From Anthoceros angustus (Eukaryota > Plantae > Anthocerotophyta): a stretch of 64,000 nucleotides of DNA. Below, piece by piece: positions 62,861 through 64,000 of this stretch. Numbering within the stretch: position 1 is the stretch's first letter; each line of letters begins with the position of its first letter. The translations under genes were made by a program, and so were the position numbers. The stretch lies in contig VJWM01000025.1 of the NCBI GenBank assembly GCA_010909165.1, positions 2,914,001 through 2,978,000 of the forward strand. The letters run 5' to 3'. A model generated the notes under the pieces. It was not told the DNA's origin and did not search any database. It worked only from the letters and a program-made list of their open reading frames with translations.

Positions 62861-64000
62861 AGACAATGTAGAATTCAAAAGAAACCGAGCATTCTTACGA
62901 GAATCATGTCAAAAATATAAGAATATATGTATGTATCAAATCAATATGTTTGTAATGTATGAATCAATGAGTGTCTTAAAACCTTCCTCGCCCATTCCTT
63001 GTCATTCCCTGCCATTTCATTCTTGTCCCACCTGCTTCTCCGCCTGCTCATTCCCGCACTGACCGCCGTCAAAAGTTCCCAACTGCCTATGGAGTTAAGG
63101 AAAGCTCCCTCATCACGGTTCAATGCCAAATCATGTCACTCTAATTTTCGACAACCACCCACAAAGCCAACAATGCGCTTGCCATCGTTGTCAATGGCAA
63201 CTACAATGCGCTGCAACATTGCACAACCATAATGCCATCACCAATCTAGTAAGTATGTTGCGTGAATCGCTTTTTGCTTGGCGTTTGCTTGTTGTCTCTT
63301 TCTCCTATAGTAGGTAGTTGGAGCTTTCTTCCTATAATGTAGTTGGAGATTGTTGTCACTTTCTCCTATAGCGGAGGTTGGAGATTGTTGTCATTTTCTC
63401 CCTATTGCGTGTAGTTGGAGATTGTTGTCATTTTCTCCTATAGCGTGTAGTTAGAGATTGTTGTCACTTTCTCCTATAATAGGTAGTTGGAGAGCTTTAT
63501 AGCTAATGGTTTTTGCTCGGCCTCGTGACCGAAATTTGAGGCTTCATAAGTGGTAGCTAAACCCTATGAATGAAGGGTTCAAAAGCATGCGTAAGATGCT
63601 TATTGGTGTTAAATACTAAAATGAGATTCAAGAAAATGTATTGTATTATTTACCGATAGGTAGTATTATTGGACCTCAAGATAGGTTTGTTTGGTTTTGA
63701 CGTCACGATTGAGCGATCGAAGGGCTTTCAGGTTGGAACGGAATCGTTTAGGAAGCACGCGAATCTCAAAGTGGACCATAAGCAAAAACTTTGGGTTTCG
63801 TGTACAACAACCTTCGACTCCAGCATAAGTATTGCCATTGTTGGTTTTTTTGCTGCTCTAGTAATGGTTGTTGCTACTCAGGTATCGGACTTGTGTCTTC
63901 ACCACCGAGTGAGCCGTTGGTGCATTCACAGTGTTGCTTGGCAATATTGTGGGGAGAGGTCCACTACAAGTTACTTATTAGGTATGTGTCCAAATGGCTT

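Larger units (their letters stand above)
61674..64000. repeat. ~0.9-kb direct repeat pair (61674-62564 and 63138 to window end)
   Basis: Both copies begin actctaattttcgacaaccacccaca and run to ...gtgtccaaatggctt; offset 1464 bp. They are near-identical over the last ~350 bp. Confidence 0.92.

Overview
Eukaryotic land-plant nuclear DNA. It is gene-dense, has short (mostly ~80-300 nt) GT-AG introns, and carries a PLS-PPR with a DYW:KP-type deaminase domain. These features fit a compact bryophyte genome, most likely a hornwort (inference). Gene content in order: a pectin methylesterase, a beta-carbonic anhydrase, three LHT-family amino-acid transporters around a tRNA-Val(AAC), LHCB5, a PXC3-like LRR-RLK, a MOT2-like MFS transporter, two convergent PLS-PPR genes, an ABCG half-transporter, a class-V PLP enzyme, an orphan ORF, an LRR-less kinase with a ~290-aa insert, oxalate-CoA ligase (AAE3), oxalyl-CoA decarboxylase/HACL and RPL27. 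Decayed non-LTR, Copia and Gypsy relics and several tandem repeats lie between the genes. Two apparent gene fusions stand out. (1) AAE3 can splice in frame, through a 284-nt phase-1 intron that removes its stop codon, into oxalyl-CoA decarboxylase, which has no in-frame ATG of its own; this predicts a single-chain two-step oxalate-degrading enzyme. (2) The ABCG transporter runs, within one exon and with no stop or Met, into the cysteine-desulfurase-like PLP domain. Exon boundaries were read by eye and no database search or RNA evidence was available, so novelty is unverified.
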